This document shows, piece after piece, positions 1 through 10,337 of a stretch of 64,000 bases of DNA (positions within the stretch are counted from its first letter, which is position 1; the number at the start of each line of letters is the position of its first letter). The DNA comes from a virus. The notes under the pieces are model-generated. The model searched no databases and was not told the DNA's origin. It was given only the letters and a program-made list of their open reading frames with translations. The stretch spans positions 32,001 through 96,000 of the IMG/VR virus record IMGVR_UViG_3300024348_000005; one strand, given 5' to 3'. The translations under genes and the position numbers were made by a program.

Positions 1-1
1 T

Positions 2-697
2 TTCGAGGATAACCCTGGAAATATTAAAAGAAAACACTATACAATTTGGACGGAAATCTCACCAAATGAACAACCTAACTATAAGGATGAGGTTCAAAAA
101 AAGGTTAAAGAGATTCAATTAAATTCAAAAGGATTTCTGAAACTATTGAAATTATCTAGCGATAATGTGACCGTTTCCGAAATAAAGAATAAAATTAGAA
201 AGATGAATTCTGAAGGTGAAAAAGTTGACCTATTAGTTATTGACTACGTTGATTGTATTTCATCTGAAAAATCCGCAAATGGTGAAGAATGGAAAGGTGA
301 GGGTTCAATTATGAGAAGTTTAGAATCAATGACAAATGAGTTTGAAATTGCTGTTTGGACTGCAACTCAGGGTAATAGAGAATCAATCTCTTCTGAAGTT
401 GTAAACAGTGATCAAATGGGAGGGTCAATTAAAAAAGCACAAATTGCACACGTTATATTATCAATTGGTAAAACGTTAGAACAAAAGGAAAATAATTTGG
501 CAACACTTACATTACTTAAATCTCGTATCGGTAGAGATGGTGTTGTTTTCCAAAATTGTAAATTCAACAATGAATTCCTATTCATTGATACCGAAACACA
601 AAATACCCTATTGGGTCATGAAGAACAAAAAGTTCAAATAAATGCTAACAGAGCCGCTGAAGCATTTAAAAGAAGACAAGAATTGGCTAAAAAATAA
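2..697 (+). CDS. dnaB: DnaB-like replicative helicase, C-terminal part (5' truncated by window)
   Basis: Frame is open from base 2 (FEDNPGNIKRKH...). Contains Walker B LLVIDYVD, WTATQGNR and LLKSRIG arginine-finger motifs of SF4 helicases. Confidence 0.85.
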   Translation, partial: FEDNPGNIKRKHYTIWTEISPNEQPNYKDEVQKKVKEIQLNSKGFLKLLKLSSDNVTVSEIKNKIRKMNSEGEKVDLLVIDYVDCISSEKSANGEEWKGEGSIMRSLESMTNEFEIAVWTATQGNRESISSEVVNSDQMGGSIKKAQIAHVILSIGKTLEQKENNLATLTLLKSRIGRDGVVFQNCKFNNEFLFIDTETQNTLLGHEEQKVQINANRAAEAFKRRQELAKK

Positions 698-712
698 AAA
701 AATAAAAAAACT

Positions 713-1684
713 ATGACGGAGAAGATTTTACAAGATAACCCCGGACGCTTTGTCCTTTTTCCAATCGAACACCATGACTTATGGAGGTTCTATAAACAAT
801 CAGAAGCGTCTTTTTGGACCGCTGAGGAAATTGATTTAGGTCAAGATATATCAGATTGGGAAAACAAATTAAACGATGATGAACAACATTTTGTTAAACA
901 CGTGTTGGCATTTTTCGCAGCATCTGACGGAATCGTAAACGAAAACTTAGCGATTAACTTCGTTAATGAAGTACAATATACTGAAGCAAAATTCTTTTAT
1001 GGTTTTCAAATCATGATGGAAAATATCCATAGTGAAACGTATTCACTTTTAATTGATACCTTAGTTAAAGATAAAGAAGAACAACATCAGTTATTTAATG
1101 CTATTGACACAATACCGGCAATTAAAAAGAAAGCGGATTGGGCACTTAAATGGATTAACTCAGAATCTTTTGTTGATAGATTATTGGCATTTGCGGCAGT
1201 AGAAGGAATATTCTTTTCAGGTTCTTTTTGTTCAATCTTTTGGTTAAAGAAAAGAGGTTTATTACCAGGTTTAACATTTTCTAATGAATTGATATCAAGA
1301 GACGAAGGAATGCATTGTGATTTTGCTTGTCATCTTTATAACAATCATATTCAAAATAAAATCTCACCAGAAAGAATTAAAGAAATTATCTGTGGAGCAT
1401 TAGAAATTGAAAAAGAATTTATTCTCGAGGCATTACCCGTTCGTTTAATTGGTATGAATTCAGAATTAATGTCACAATATCTTGAATTCGTAACAGATAG
1501 ATTATTGGTTGCGTTAGGAGTATCTAAAGTATATAATTCTGAGAACCCATTCGATTTTATGCAAAACATTGCATTACAAGGTAAAACTAATTTCTTTGAA
1601 AAGAGAGTTGCGGAATATCAAAAGGCGGGAGTTAATAATGTATCAGAAGATTTAGATTCTGCATTTGGAGACGTAGATTTTTAA
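713..1684 (+). CDS. nrdB: Ribonucleotide reductase class Ia beta subunit
   Basis: [27 protein letters not shown] (radical Tyr), EGIFFSGSF and DEGMH diiron motifs. Confidence 0.97.
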   Translation: MTEKILQDNPGRFVLFPIEHHDLWRFYKQSEASFWTAEEIDLGQDISDWENKLNDDEQHFVKHVLAFFAASDGIVNENLAINFVNEVQYTEAKFFYGFQIMMENIHSETYSLLIDTLVKDKEEQHQLFNAIDTIPAIKKKADWALKWINSESFVDRLLAFAAVEGIFFSGSFCSIFWLKKRGLLPGLTFSNELISRDEGMHCDFACHLYNNHIQNKISPERIKEIICGALEIEKEFILEALPVRLIGMNSELMSQYLEFVTDRLLVALGVSKVYNSENPFDFMQNIALQGKTNFFEKRVAEYQKAGVNNVSEDLDSAFGDVDF

Positions 1685-1699
1685 AATTATAATAAGAAG

Positions 1700-4129
1700 A
1701 TGAAAGTTAAAAAGAGAGATGGTTCCTTAGAGGAAATGAGATATGATAAAATCACACGTAGAATTAGTGTTTTCTGTAGTGATTTGAATTTAGAATATAT
1801 TGACCCAACATATGTTACCTTAAAAGTAACTCAAGGAATTTATGATGGTATATCAACAACAGAGTTAGATGTATTAGCAGCGGAAACCGCCGCGGCAATG
1901 GTTACAACTCACCCTGATTATGCGAAATTATCAGGTCGATTAGCGGTATCTAATTTACATAAGACGACACATAAAAAGTTTTCTCAATGTATTAAAGAAT
2001 TATATTCTTTTGTTGAACCAAAAACCGGTAAAGAATCTTCATTAATTGATGAAGGTGTTTATAAATTTGTAATGGAAAATAGAGAATCTTTAGATGGAGC
2101 AATTCACCAAGAAAGAGATTTGGATTTTGATTACTTTGGATATAAAACATTGGAACGTTCTTACCTTTTAAAGATTGGAAATAGAGTGGTTGAAAGACCT
2201 CAATACATGTATATGAGAGTTGCCGTTGGTATTTGTAAAGGTAATTTAGATATGGCGTTAAGAATTTATGACGACTTATCTCAACACTTCTACACTCATG
2301 CAACTCCAACATTATTTAATGCGGGTACACGTAAATCTCAAATGTCATCTTGTTTCTTGATTGGTAACAAGGGTGACGATATTGACGGTTTATTTGATAC
2401 AATTAAAGATGTTGCGAAAATTTCTAAATGGGCAGGAGGAATTGGACTTCATGTTCATGATGTTCGAGCGAAAGGTTCTTACATTAAAGGGACTGGTGGA
2501 CAATCAGATGGTTTACTACCAATGATGAAAACCTATAACGAAGTTGCTCGTTGGATTAACCAAGGAGGAAAACGTAAAGGGTCTTTTGCGGTTTATCTTG
2601 AACCTTGGCATTCCGATATTTTTGAATTTATTGACTTAAGAAAGAATCATGGTAAAGAGGAAATGAGAGCGAGAGATTTATTCTTAGCTATGTGGACACC
2701 TGACTTATTTATGAAACGAGTTGAGGAGGATGGTGATTGGTCATTATTTTCACCTGACGAGGCACCAGGATTATCTGACGTTTATGATGACCCAATTAAT
2801 CCCACACAAGAGTTTACGGAGTTATATGAAAAATATGAAAAGGAAGGTAGGGCAAGAAAAGTTGTCAAAGCGAGAAAATTAATGGATGCAATCCTTACCG
2901 CACAAATTGAAACAGGAACTCCTTATATGTTATATAAGGATCCCGCTAACTACAAATCAAATCAAAAGAATTTAGGTACAATCAAATCTTCAAATTTATG
3001 TACTGAAATTATTGAGTATAGTTCACCGACAGAACAAGCGGTTTGTAATTTAGCATCAATAGCATTACCGAAGTATATTATTAATGGTGAGTTTAATCAC
3101 GATTTATTATATGAGAACACATATCAAGTTGTAAAGAATTTAAATAATGTAATTGACTTAAACTACTATCCAACTGAAGAAACTAAACGTTCAAACTTTA
3201 AACATCGACCAGTAGGACTTGGTATTCAAGGATTGGCTGATGTATTCTGTATATTAGGTTTACCATTTGAAAGTGAAGATGCAGATAAATTACAAATAGA
3301 TATTTTTGAAACAATATACTTTGCTGCGATGACATCTTCTAAAGATTTATCTAAAGAATTTGGTCCATATGAATCTATTGTAGGTTCACCAATTGAAAAT
3401 GGTGTATTCCAATTCGAAATGTGGGGTAAAAAAGATAAAGATTTATCTGGTCGTTGGGATTGGAAATCATTAAGAAAAGAAGTAAAATCTTTTGGTGTTA
3501 GAAACTCACTATTAGTTGCACCAATGCCAACCGCATCTACCGCACAGATTTTAGGTAACAATGAAGCGTTTGAACCATTTACAACTAACCTTTATTCAAG
3601 AAGAACATTAAGTGGTGAATTTGTTATGATTAACAAACACCTAGTTAAAGATTTATTGAAATTAGGTTTATGGAATGATACCATAAAGAATAAATTAATA
3701 ATGGAAAATGGTTCAGTTCAAAACATACCTGAAATTCCAACCGAGATGAAAGAGGTTTATAAAACAGTTTGGGAAATGTCTCAAAAACGTGTTTTACAAA
3801 TGGCAGCGAATAGGAGTATATTTATTGACCAATCACAATCATTAAATTTATTTATTGATAATGCAACTAAACCTAAATTATTAGCAGCACATTTATTCGG
3901 ATGGAAATTAGGTTTGAAAACGGGAATGTATTATTTAAGAACGAGAGCGGCGGTTGATGCACTTAAAGGATTAGGTGTTGATACCTCAACCTCTAAACCT
4001 ATTGAAATACCACAAAAAATGGCGACACCAACCAATAACCAAATCATTAGTGAAAATACACCTGAATTGGTAATGATGGGTGAAAAACCCACAGATTCCC
4101 CATTTGATTGTGAGGGTTGTGGGTCATAA
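1700..4129 (+). CDS. nrdA: Ribonucleotide reductase class Ia alpha subunit
   Basis: N-terminal ATP cone (VKKRDG), TPTLFNAG, SSCFL, SNLCTEI, APMPTASTAQ and C-terminal CEGCGS. No intein or intron seen. Confidence 0.97.
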   Translation: MKVKKRDGSLEEMRYDKITRRISVFCSDLNLEYIDPTYVTLKVTQGIYDGISTTELDVLAAETAAAMVTTHPDYAKLSGRLAVSNLHKTTHKKFSQCIKELYSFVEPKTGKESSLIDEGVYKFVMENRESLDGAIHQERDLDFDYFGYKTLERSYLLKIGNRVVERPQYMYMRVAVGICKGNLDMALRIYDDLSQHFYTHATPTLFNAGTRKSQMSSCFLIGNKGDDIDGLFDTIKDVAKISKWAGGIGLHVHDVRAKGSYIKGTGGQSDGLLPMMKTYNEVARWINQGGKRKGSFAVYLEPWHSDIFEFIDLRKNHGKEEMRARDLFLAMWTPDLFMKRVEEDGDWSLFSPDEAPGLSDVYDDPINPTQEFTELYEKYEKEGRARKVVKARKLMDAILTAQIETGTPYMLYKDPANYKSNQKNLGTIKSSNLCTEIIEYSSPTEQAVCNLASIALPKYIINGEFNHDLLYENTYQVVKNLNNVIDLNYYPTEETKRSNFKHRPVGLGIQGLADVFCILGLPFESEDADKLQIDIFETIYFAAMTSSKDLSKEFGPYESIVGSPIENGVFQFEMWGKKDKDLSGRWDWKSLRKEVKSFGVRNSLLVAPMPTASTAQILGNNEAFEPFTTNLYSRRTLSGEFVMINKHLVKDLLKLGLWNDTIKNKLIMENGSVQNIPEIPTEMKEVYKTVWEMSQKRVLQMAANRSIFIDQSQSLNLFIDNATKPKLLAAHLFGWKLGLKTGMYYLRTRAAVDALKGLGVDTSTSKPIEIPQKMATPTNNQIISENTPELVMMGEKPTDSPFDCEGCGS

Positions 4130-4148
4130 AAATAATTATAGAGTATCT

Positions 4149-4173
4149 AAACCCATCTTCGGATGGGTTTTTT
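4149..4173 (+). terminator. Intrinsic terminator after nrdA
   Basis: AAACCCATC-TTCG-GATGGGTTT hairpin (cUUCGg loop) followed by a T tract. Confidence 0.85.
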
Positions 4174-4199
4174 ATTTATTACCATTTTAGTATTGTTTA

Positions 4200-4207
4200 T
4201 ATTTATA
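4200..4207 (+). promoter_or_regulatory. TATTTATA motif, putative late promoter (representative copy)
   Basis: TATTTAT(A/T/G) precedes genes at 4200, 6538, 14870, 21085, 21714, 23107, 25289, 33289, 40094, 44905, 47500, 51136, 53032, 55110 and 60994. Confidence 0.65.
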
Positions 4208-4210
4208 GAT

Positions 4211-4663
4211 ATGGCGATAAAATACGGAATAGATTTTCCATTCAGAGATAGTCAAATTGGGGATTTCGTTAAAATGACGGAAACACCCGAAAGAGAAGTT
4301 AGAGCAAATCTAATTCACCTTCTTTTAACTAAGAAGGGTAGTAGATACTTTTTACCAGATTTTGGTACAAGAATTTATGAATATATTTTCGACCAAAATG
4401 ACATGGTTACATTTAATTTAATCGAAGAAGAAATAAGAGACGGTGTAAAAAAGTATATTCCAAATTTAGACATTAATTCAATTAATATCATGTCGGCAGA
4501 AAATGACCCCGATGAAACAACATCATTTAGTCAAGAAGAAGATGAAAGATTATTTAGGGTTTCAGAACAGGCAAATAAACCATATACTGCTAAAGTAAAA
4601 ATCGATTATACGGTTAATAATGGAGCATTTTCATCCTCTGACTTTATTATAATAAACATTTAA
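4211..4663 (+). CDS. Baseplate wedge gp25/GPW-like protein
   Basis: GIDFPF...NLIHLLLTKKGSRYFLPDFGTRIYEYIFD motif. Start moved from 4163, which lies in the terminator, to ATG 4211. Confidence 0.85.
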   Translation: MAIKYGIDFPFRDSQIGDFVKMTETPEREVRANLIHLLLTKKGSRYFLPDFGTRIYEYIFDQNDMVTFNLIEEEIRDGVKKYIPNLDINSINIMSAENDPDETTSFSQEEDERLFRVSEQANKPYTAKVKIDYTVNNGAFSSSDFIIINI

Positions 4664-4664
4664 A

Positions 4665-6497
4665 ATGGCGAAAAAAATATCATACGCAACTAGAGATTTT
4701 GCGGGACTAAGACAAGAATTAGTTAATTTAACAAACGATTATTATCCCGATTTGGTAAAAAACACCAATGACGCATCAATATTTTCTGTGTTGTTAGATT
4801 TAAATGCTGCGGTTGCGGATAACTTACATTTTCATATTGACAGAGTTTTTCAGGAAACGATTTTAGATTTTGCACAACAAAGACAATCTTTATTTCATAT
4901 TGCTAAAACATATGGTATTAGAATACCAGGTGTAAGACCATCGGTGGCACTATGTGATTTTTCAGTTAATGTTCCGGTTCGTGGTGATAAAGAAGATGAA
5001 AGATATTTGGGAATTTTAAAAGGTGGAGCTCAAGTGTCAGGCGGAGGTCAGATATTTGAAACAATAGAAGATATAGATTTTTCTAATCCATTTAACAGTA
5101 AAGGAGAACCAAATAGATTAAAGATTCCAAATTTTGATAGTAACAATAGTTTAATATCATATACAATTACAAAAAGAGAGGCGGTAGTAAACGGAGTAAC
5201 AAGAATTTACAGAAGAGTAATCAATCAAGTTGACCAAAAACCATTTTTAAAACTTTTTTTACCAGAACAAAATGTTTTAGGTGTTGTTTCTATAATACAT
5301 AAAGATGGTACCACATTTGGAGCTAATCCAACATCAACAGAATTTACAACGTCAACCAATAAATGGTACGAAGTAAAATCGTTAATGCAAGATAAAGTGT
5401 TTATACCAAACACCACAAGTGTTTCAGATAAAAACAATTTCAAGGCAGGAGATTATGTACCAGTATCAAATAAGTTTTTAACCGAATATACTCCTGAAGG
5501 TTATTTTTCATTAACCTTTGGTTCAGGAACGGTTGACCCATTAGATAACTTGGATAACTACATTACTAGCAACATGAAAGTAAACATTGCTAGTTTTTTA
5601 AATAACATGTCGTTAGGTACAGTACCTAAAGTAAACTCAACAATATTCGTGAAATATCGAATTGGTGGGGGTAAAGATTCCAATTTAGGAGTTAATGTTA
5701 TAACAAGTGTGGATAGTGTCGAATTTAACATACAAGGTCCAAATTCAACTATTAACACACAGGTTGAGGATTCATTATCTGTGACAAATATCACACCAGC
5801 AATTGGTGGGGCGGACCAACCAACAATAGAAGAAATAAGAAATATGGTTGCTTATAATTTTGCAGCACAAAACAGAGCTGTAACGTTAAATGACTATAAA
5901 TCTTTAATAGAAACAATGCCATCTACATTCGGAGCACCGGCAAAGGTAAATGTGATGGAAGAAGATAATAAGGTAAGAATCAAATTATTATCATATGACG
6001 AAAATGGTAGTTTAACTGACACTGTATCCAATACATTAAAAAATAATATTTTAAATTATCTTTCTGAGTTTAGAATGATTAACGATTATTTGGATATTGT
6101 GAGTGGTGAGGTTATTGATATGGGTTTAGAAGTTGATTTAGTTATAGATAAAAATACATCACAAACAGACGTTATTAAGACGGCAATCGAAAATATTGTA
6201 GATTTCTTTGCAATTGAAAAACGTAAAATGGGAGATCCACTATTTGTTGGAGATTTGTCAAAATCCATTGGTAATGTGTCGGGAGTTGTGAACGTTGTAG
6301 ATTTAAGAGTTTTTGGAAAAATTGGTGGAGAATACTCATCATCCGAGGTTTCACAAAGTTACAAAGACAACGCAACGAAAGAAATACAACAAAGCGACAA
6401 CACTATATTCATGAAGTCAAATCAAATATTCCAAATTAGATTCCCTAATAAGGACATTAAGATAAGAATTAAAACCTTAGGAACGACTACATTTTAA
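4665..6497 (+). CDS. Baseplate wedge subunit (T4 gp6 / baseplate J-like)
   Basis: YATRDFAGLRQEL N-terminus, FGSG, YRIGGG and GGAD...AQNRAVTLNDY motifs; follows gp25. Confidence 0.85.
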   Translation: MAKKISYATRDFAGLRQELVNLTNDYYPDLVKNTNDASIFSVLLDLNAAVADNLHFHIDRVFQETILDFAQQRQSLFHIAKTYGIRIPGVRPSVALCDFSVNVPVRGDKEDERYLGILKGGAQVSGGGQIFETIEDIDFSNPFNSKGEPNRLKIPNFDSNNSLISYTITKREAVVNGVTRIYRRVINQVDQKPFLKLFLPEQNVLGVVSIIHKDGTTFGANPTSTEFTTSTNKWYEVKSLMQDKVFIPNTTSVSDKNNFKAGDYVPVSNKFLTEYTPEGYFSLTFGSGTVDPLDNLDNYITSNMKVNIASFLNNMSLGTVPKVNSTIFVKYRIGGGKDSNLGVNVITSVDSVEFNIQGPNSTINTQVEDSLSVTNITPAIGGADQPTIEEIRNMVAYNFAAQNRAVTLNDYKSLIETMPSTFGAPAKVNVMEEDNKVRIKLLSYDENGSLTDTVSNTLKNNILNYLSEFRMINDYLDIVSGEVIDMGLEVDLVIDKNTSQTDVIKTAIENIVDFFAIEKRKMGDPLFVGDLSKSIGNVSGVVNVVDLRVFGKIGGEYSSSEVSQSYKDNATKEIQQSDNTIFMKSNQIFQIRFPNKDIKIRIKTLGTTTF

Positions 6498-6551
6498 TTA
6501 GTTTTTTGTTTATAATAATAGAAAATCCACCTCTTTCTATTTATTATAAGA

Positions 6552-9500
6552 ATGCTACAAAAACACAGAATATACACAGATATTGGTAAAGACCAAAACA
6601 TCACAGTCGAATTAAAACAAGACTATGATTTATTGGAAATCTTATCTTTAAAGTTTACACAGAAAGACACGTATACTTCACTTTGTTCAGATTACGGTGT
6701 TGTGTGTGGTAGAATCATTGTTAATAATGGTTTTGGGGTACCAAACGCAAGAGTTTCTATATTTGTCCCATTATCGGACGAAGATTCGACAGACCCCGTA
6801 ATTTCGGCTTTATATCCATATAAAGACCCATCAGAAAGAAACGAAGAAACAAATTACAGATATAATTTATTACCGGCAAGAAAACAACACGGAGGACACG
6901 AACCAACTGGAACATTTCCCGACCAATTAGAAGTTCTCAATAGAGAAGAGGTATTGGAAGTTTATGAGAAATATTATAAGTACACGGTTAAGACTAATGA
7001 ATCTGGTGACTTTATGATATGGGGAGTTCCGTTAGGATTACAAAAACTTCATGTTGATTTGGATTTATCGGACATGGGTTGTTTTTCACTAAGACCCGAC
7101 GATTTCATTAGACAAGGAGTTGGATTAGACCAATTTAAAACATCATACGCATTTAAAGCATCTGAAGATATTGATTCATTACCCCAAATCGTTTCATTTG
7201 ATAAGACGGTTGAGGTTGTTCCATTTTGGGGTAATGTTGACTTATGTCAAATAGGAATTACAAGAACGGATTTTGATTTATCAGATAAGGGAGTAAAAAT
7301 TGAACCAAAGGCAATTTTATTAGGGTCAGTATTTTCCGACCAAGGAAACAACACGGTTAATAAAAATTGTACACCAAGAGGTGGTATGGGTAATAAGTGT
7401 GGTCTTATTACCGAACCGGCAACAGTAGAAATATTAAGATTTACAAACAAGAAAGATAGTAACAATCGACCAATATTGGAACTAATGGAAACTAGTGAAG
7501 ATGTTGATGATAGTGGTTCATTTATGATTTCGGTTCCTATGAACATGGAGTTTGTTTACACAAATGAATTCGGTGAGAACGAAATTACAAACGACCCAAA
7601 TAAGGGTATTCCAACATCTGCATGTTATAGATTTAGAGTATCCACAAAAAATGAGTCATTAGGTAGAGTAAGAACAATCGGTTCTTATTTAATACCAAAT
7701 ATTAGGGAATATGCAACTACCGATTCGGAAATTGATAAGTCATATACTTGGTCAACAAATTGGAATGATTATCCATTGGGAGCGTTAAATGATAATATTC
7801 TTTTTAATAACGTCAACGGATCATATTATCCACAAGATTATTTTTATAGATTTAATTATAATAAAATTTATAGTGTATCGTCATTTCTTGGTTCACACAG
7901 TAATGGGAATTTAGGAATCACACAAATTGCACCAAAGGAGGAAGACGATTGTCAAAATAATTCACTAACCCCACCAATTAATCACGCGGTACAAACAATT
8001 ACTTTTGCCATTTTATTGGCAATAATATTAAACACGTTTGAAAGATTAATTTATTATGCGTTTATCGCTGCGGTACAGGTTTTAATATTACCGTTTCAAA
8101 CGTTTTATAATTTTAGAATTTATGTAAAACATATTATCGATTGGAGACCGTTTGATTTTTTTGATAAGTTAGTTATCGAACCATTACAAAGATTTGGTAC
8201 GGTTAGATTAGGTATTGCTATATATCCCGAATGTGAAACATGTGATAACTTGGATTATTCAAATGATTTACCAAATACAAGTACCAATCCAGCCGATTTA
8301 TATAATGAAATTGCTACAGGAAGTGCAATTCCGGATAGTTTTATGACAACATATGGTTGTTCAAGTTATACAGATGGAGACGGGGATACAACTAGACTTT
8401 ATTTTAATATACCATCAACCGCATGTTCAGGAACAACAGTTACACCATCCATTATAAGCGGTTATACTTTATCTCAAATATTAACCGATTACACGGGTAG
8501 ATTTATTGTTAAATTTAATAATTCAGGAGAACATACCACATTAAATTTATTTACTGAATCAATAAATGGTATTGATACGTATTATTATGATGATACACAA
8601 ACAGTTAGTTATAGTGGAGGAAATCCACCAACAGGACCACAGGGTTACAAAATATATGATTCACAATCAAGTTTAACTGGAGGTTCAAATACATCAGGAT
8701 TAAGTAGTGAATTAGAAGGTGGATGTCAACAATATGTTACCGTTTATAAAGAATCTATTGTCTATGGAACATATTGTGTTGGTAATGCATCCACACCATA
8801 TAGTGGATTAACATCCACAAACATAACAGCAGGTACTGTTTGTGGTTCTGGTAAAATTGCTGTTGGTCAAGTTATTAGAAATGTTAATAGTAATCCTTGT
8901 GGTACATGTGGTACACACAGTGGTTATTCTGAATTTAGATATGGTTTATTTACAATTATACCGGCCGCAGCAACTCTTAATTGGGGAGATAATTTTGATG
9001 CAATAACTGAATATGCTAGAAGAAAACTTGTTGCTAAAGTATTTTGTGGTGGTATTGCAAATTATAAATTTATTGACAACTGGTTAACAGGTTCATTGTA
9101 TATGTTTCCATTTAAAGCAAAGGTTAGATGGGACGACGAGGCAACATTAGATTTAAATGTTAGAAGAACAAAATATTGTCCTGATTTAGTTTATTTTAAA
9201 GCGGGAACTGTAGAAAATCCAGACAAAAGATTTTACTATAGATCAACATATTTTAATGGTAGTACATTTAGTAGAAGTGATAGAGAAGGATTGGGTCATC
9301 CAACCACCATTGTTGATTTAGGACCAAGAGATGAGTTTATAAAAGAAATATGTACTGACCCATCATTAGACCCAAATTGTTCAGTTGTTAGAGATATTGG
9401 ACCAACATCTTATCAAAATTTTAAAGAGATGTTAGGTTTATACATTAATTATAAATTAGATTATTTGGCAACAGATGGTAGTACAAGTGGTAATTACAAT

Positions 9501-10337
9501 TCGTTTTTTGAAAACAACGGATATAGTGGTTTTGGTACTGTAATGAATGGTGATATCCTTCAACTAATATCAATAAATAATGAAGTTGGTATTGAAGAAT
9601 TCGATTTACAAAATAGAAATTATGCCGCATATAATCCACAAGTGTTAGATGTTGAATCTTATCCAGGATTATTAAATGGTGGACCACTACCGATAAATTT
9701 AGTACTAGACGATGGTGAGGGATATCGAGTTAGAGCTTGTTTAAATGAGCCCGGAAGATTAACAGAATCATCACAAGAAGTTCCATTTTATTTATGGGAA
9801 AAGGGCGGTGACGGAACAAATGGATTCGGTGCTGGAGTTAGTCAACATTGGGATTATGGTAATATTGAAGTACAACCATTACAAGGAATGACTAAAAATT
9901 ACAAGTATACAGGTGATTCCACACACAAATATTTGTTATTACCGATGACAAAACAATATAGTGGTGATACGTTTACATATACTGGTGTAACATATAATGA
10001 TGTGTATGCGGATATTGAAACAACAGGTACAACACATACAACTTATAATAATCAAGAAGAAGGATTCACGGTACTTGAAATTGCTACAGGTACATTAGAT
10101 AATCCATTGACAGGAACACTATGGATTAGAACTGGAGAAACGAGTAATTGGGCATCAAAGGCATGGACAAACGACCTCGACTTTATGGTAAAACCAACAT
10201 CAACAAATTATAACGGAACAAAACAAATACTATCAACACCATTCTTATTTTATTTTGGATTAAGACCCGGTAAGACTGCGATAGATAAACTAATAGAAAA
10301 ATACGGACCAAAGGGTGCGTTCCCATCTGCTGAATAA
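6552..10337 (+). CDS. Large baseplate-region structural protein with an internal hydrophobic segment
   Basis: 1261 aa; N-terminal prealbumin-like beta domain (GRIIVNNGFGVPNARVSIF...TNESGDFMIWGVP); Cys-rich centre; located in the baseplate cluster. Confidence 0.5.
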   Translation: MLQKHRIYTDIGKDQNITVELKQDYDLLEILSLKFTQKDTYTSLCSDYGVVCGRIIVNNGFGVPNARVSIFVPLSDEDSTDPVISALYPYKDPSERNEETNYRYNLLPARKQHGGHEPTGTFPDQLEVLNREEVLEVYEKYYKYTVKTNESGDFMIWGVPLGLQKLHVDLDLSDMGCFSLRPDDFIRQGVGLDQFKTSYAFKASEDIDSLPQIVSFDKTVEVVPFWGNVDLCQIGITRTDFDLSDKGVKIEPKAILLGSVFSDQGNNTVNKNCTPRGGMGNKCGLITEPATVEILRFTNKKDSNNRPILELMETSEDVDDSGSFMISVPMNMEFVYTNEFGENEITNDPNKGIPTSACYRFRVSTKNESLGRVRTIGSYLIPNIREYATTDSEIDKSYTWSTNWNDYPLGALNDNILFNNVNGSYYPQDYFYRFNYNKIYSVSSFLGSHSNGNLGITQIAPKEEDDCQNNSLTPPINHAVQTITFAILLAIILNTFERLIYYAFIAAVQVLILPFQTFYNFRIYVKHIIDWRPFDFFDKLVIEPLQRFGTVRLGIAIYPECETCDNLDYSNDLPNTSTNPADLYNEIATGSAIPDSFMTTYGCSSYTDGDGDTTRLYFNIPSTACSGTTVTPSIISGYTLSQILTDYTGRFIVKFNNSGEHTTLNLFTESINGIDTYYYDDTQTVSYSGGNPPTGPQGYKIYDSQSSLTGGSNTSGLSSELEGGCQQYVTVYKESIVYGTYCVGNASTPYSGLTSTNITAGTVCGSGKIAVGQVIRNVNSNPCGTCGTHSGYSEFRYGLFTIIPAAATLNWGDNFDAITEYARRKLVAKVFCGGIANYKFIDNWLTGSLYMFPFKAKVRWDDEATLDLNVRRTKYCPDLVYFKAGTVENPDKRFYYRSTYFNGSTFSRSDREGLGHPTTIVDLGPRDEFIKEICTDPSLDPNCSVVRDIGPTSYQNFKEMLGLYINYKLDYLATDGSTSGNYNSFFENNGYSGFGTVMNGDILQLISINNEVGIEEFDLQNRNYAAYNPQVLDVESYPGLLNGGPLPINLVLDDGEGYRVRACLNEPGRLTESSQEVPFYLWEKGGDGTNGFGAGVSQHWDYGNIEVQPLQGMTKNYKYTGDSTHKYLLLPMTKQYSGDTFTYTGVTYNDVYADIETTGTTHTTYNNQEEGFTVLEIATGTLDNPLTGTLWIRTGETSNWASKAWTNDLDFMVKPTSTNYNGTKQILSTPFLFYFGLRPGKTAIDKLIEKYGPKGAFPSAE

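Noticed and set aside
713-4129. Introns or inteins in nrdA/nrdB
   Set aside because: Both ORFs are continuous and of normal length.
4163-4210. Hydrophobic N-terminal extensions on gp25 (and on primase, 25994-26065) in the ORF track
   Set aside because: They translate terminator and promoter DNA; downstream ATGs give typical N-termini.
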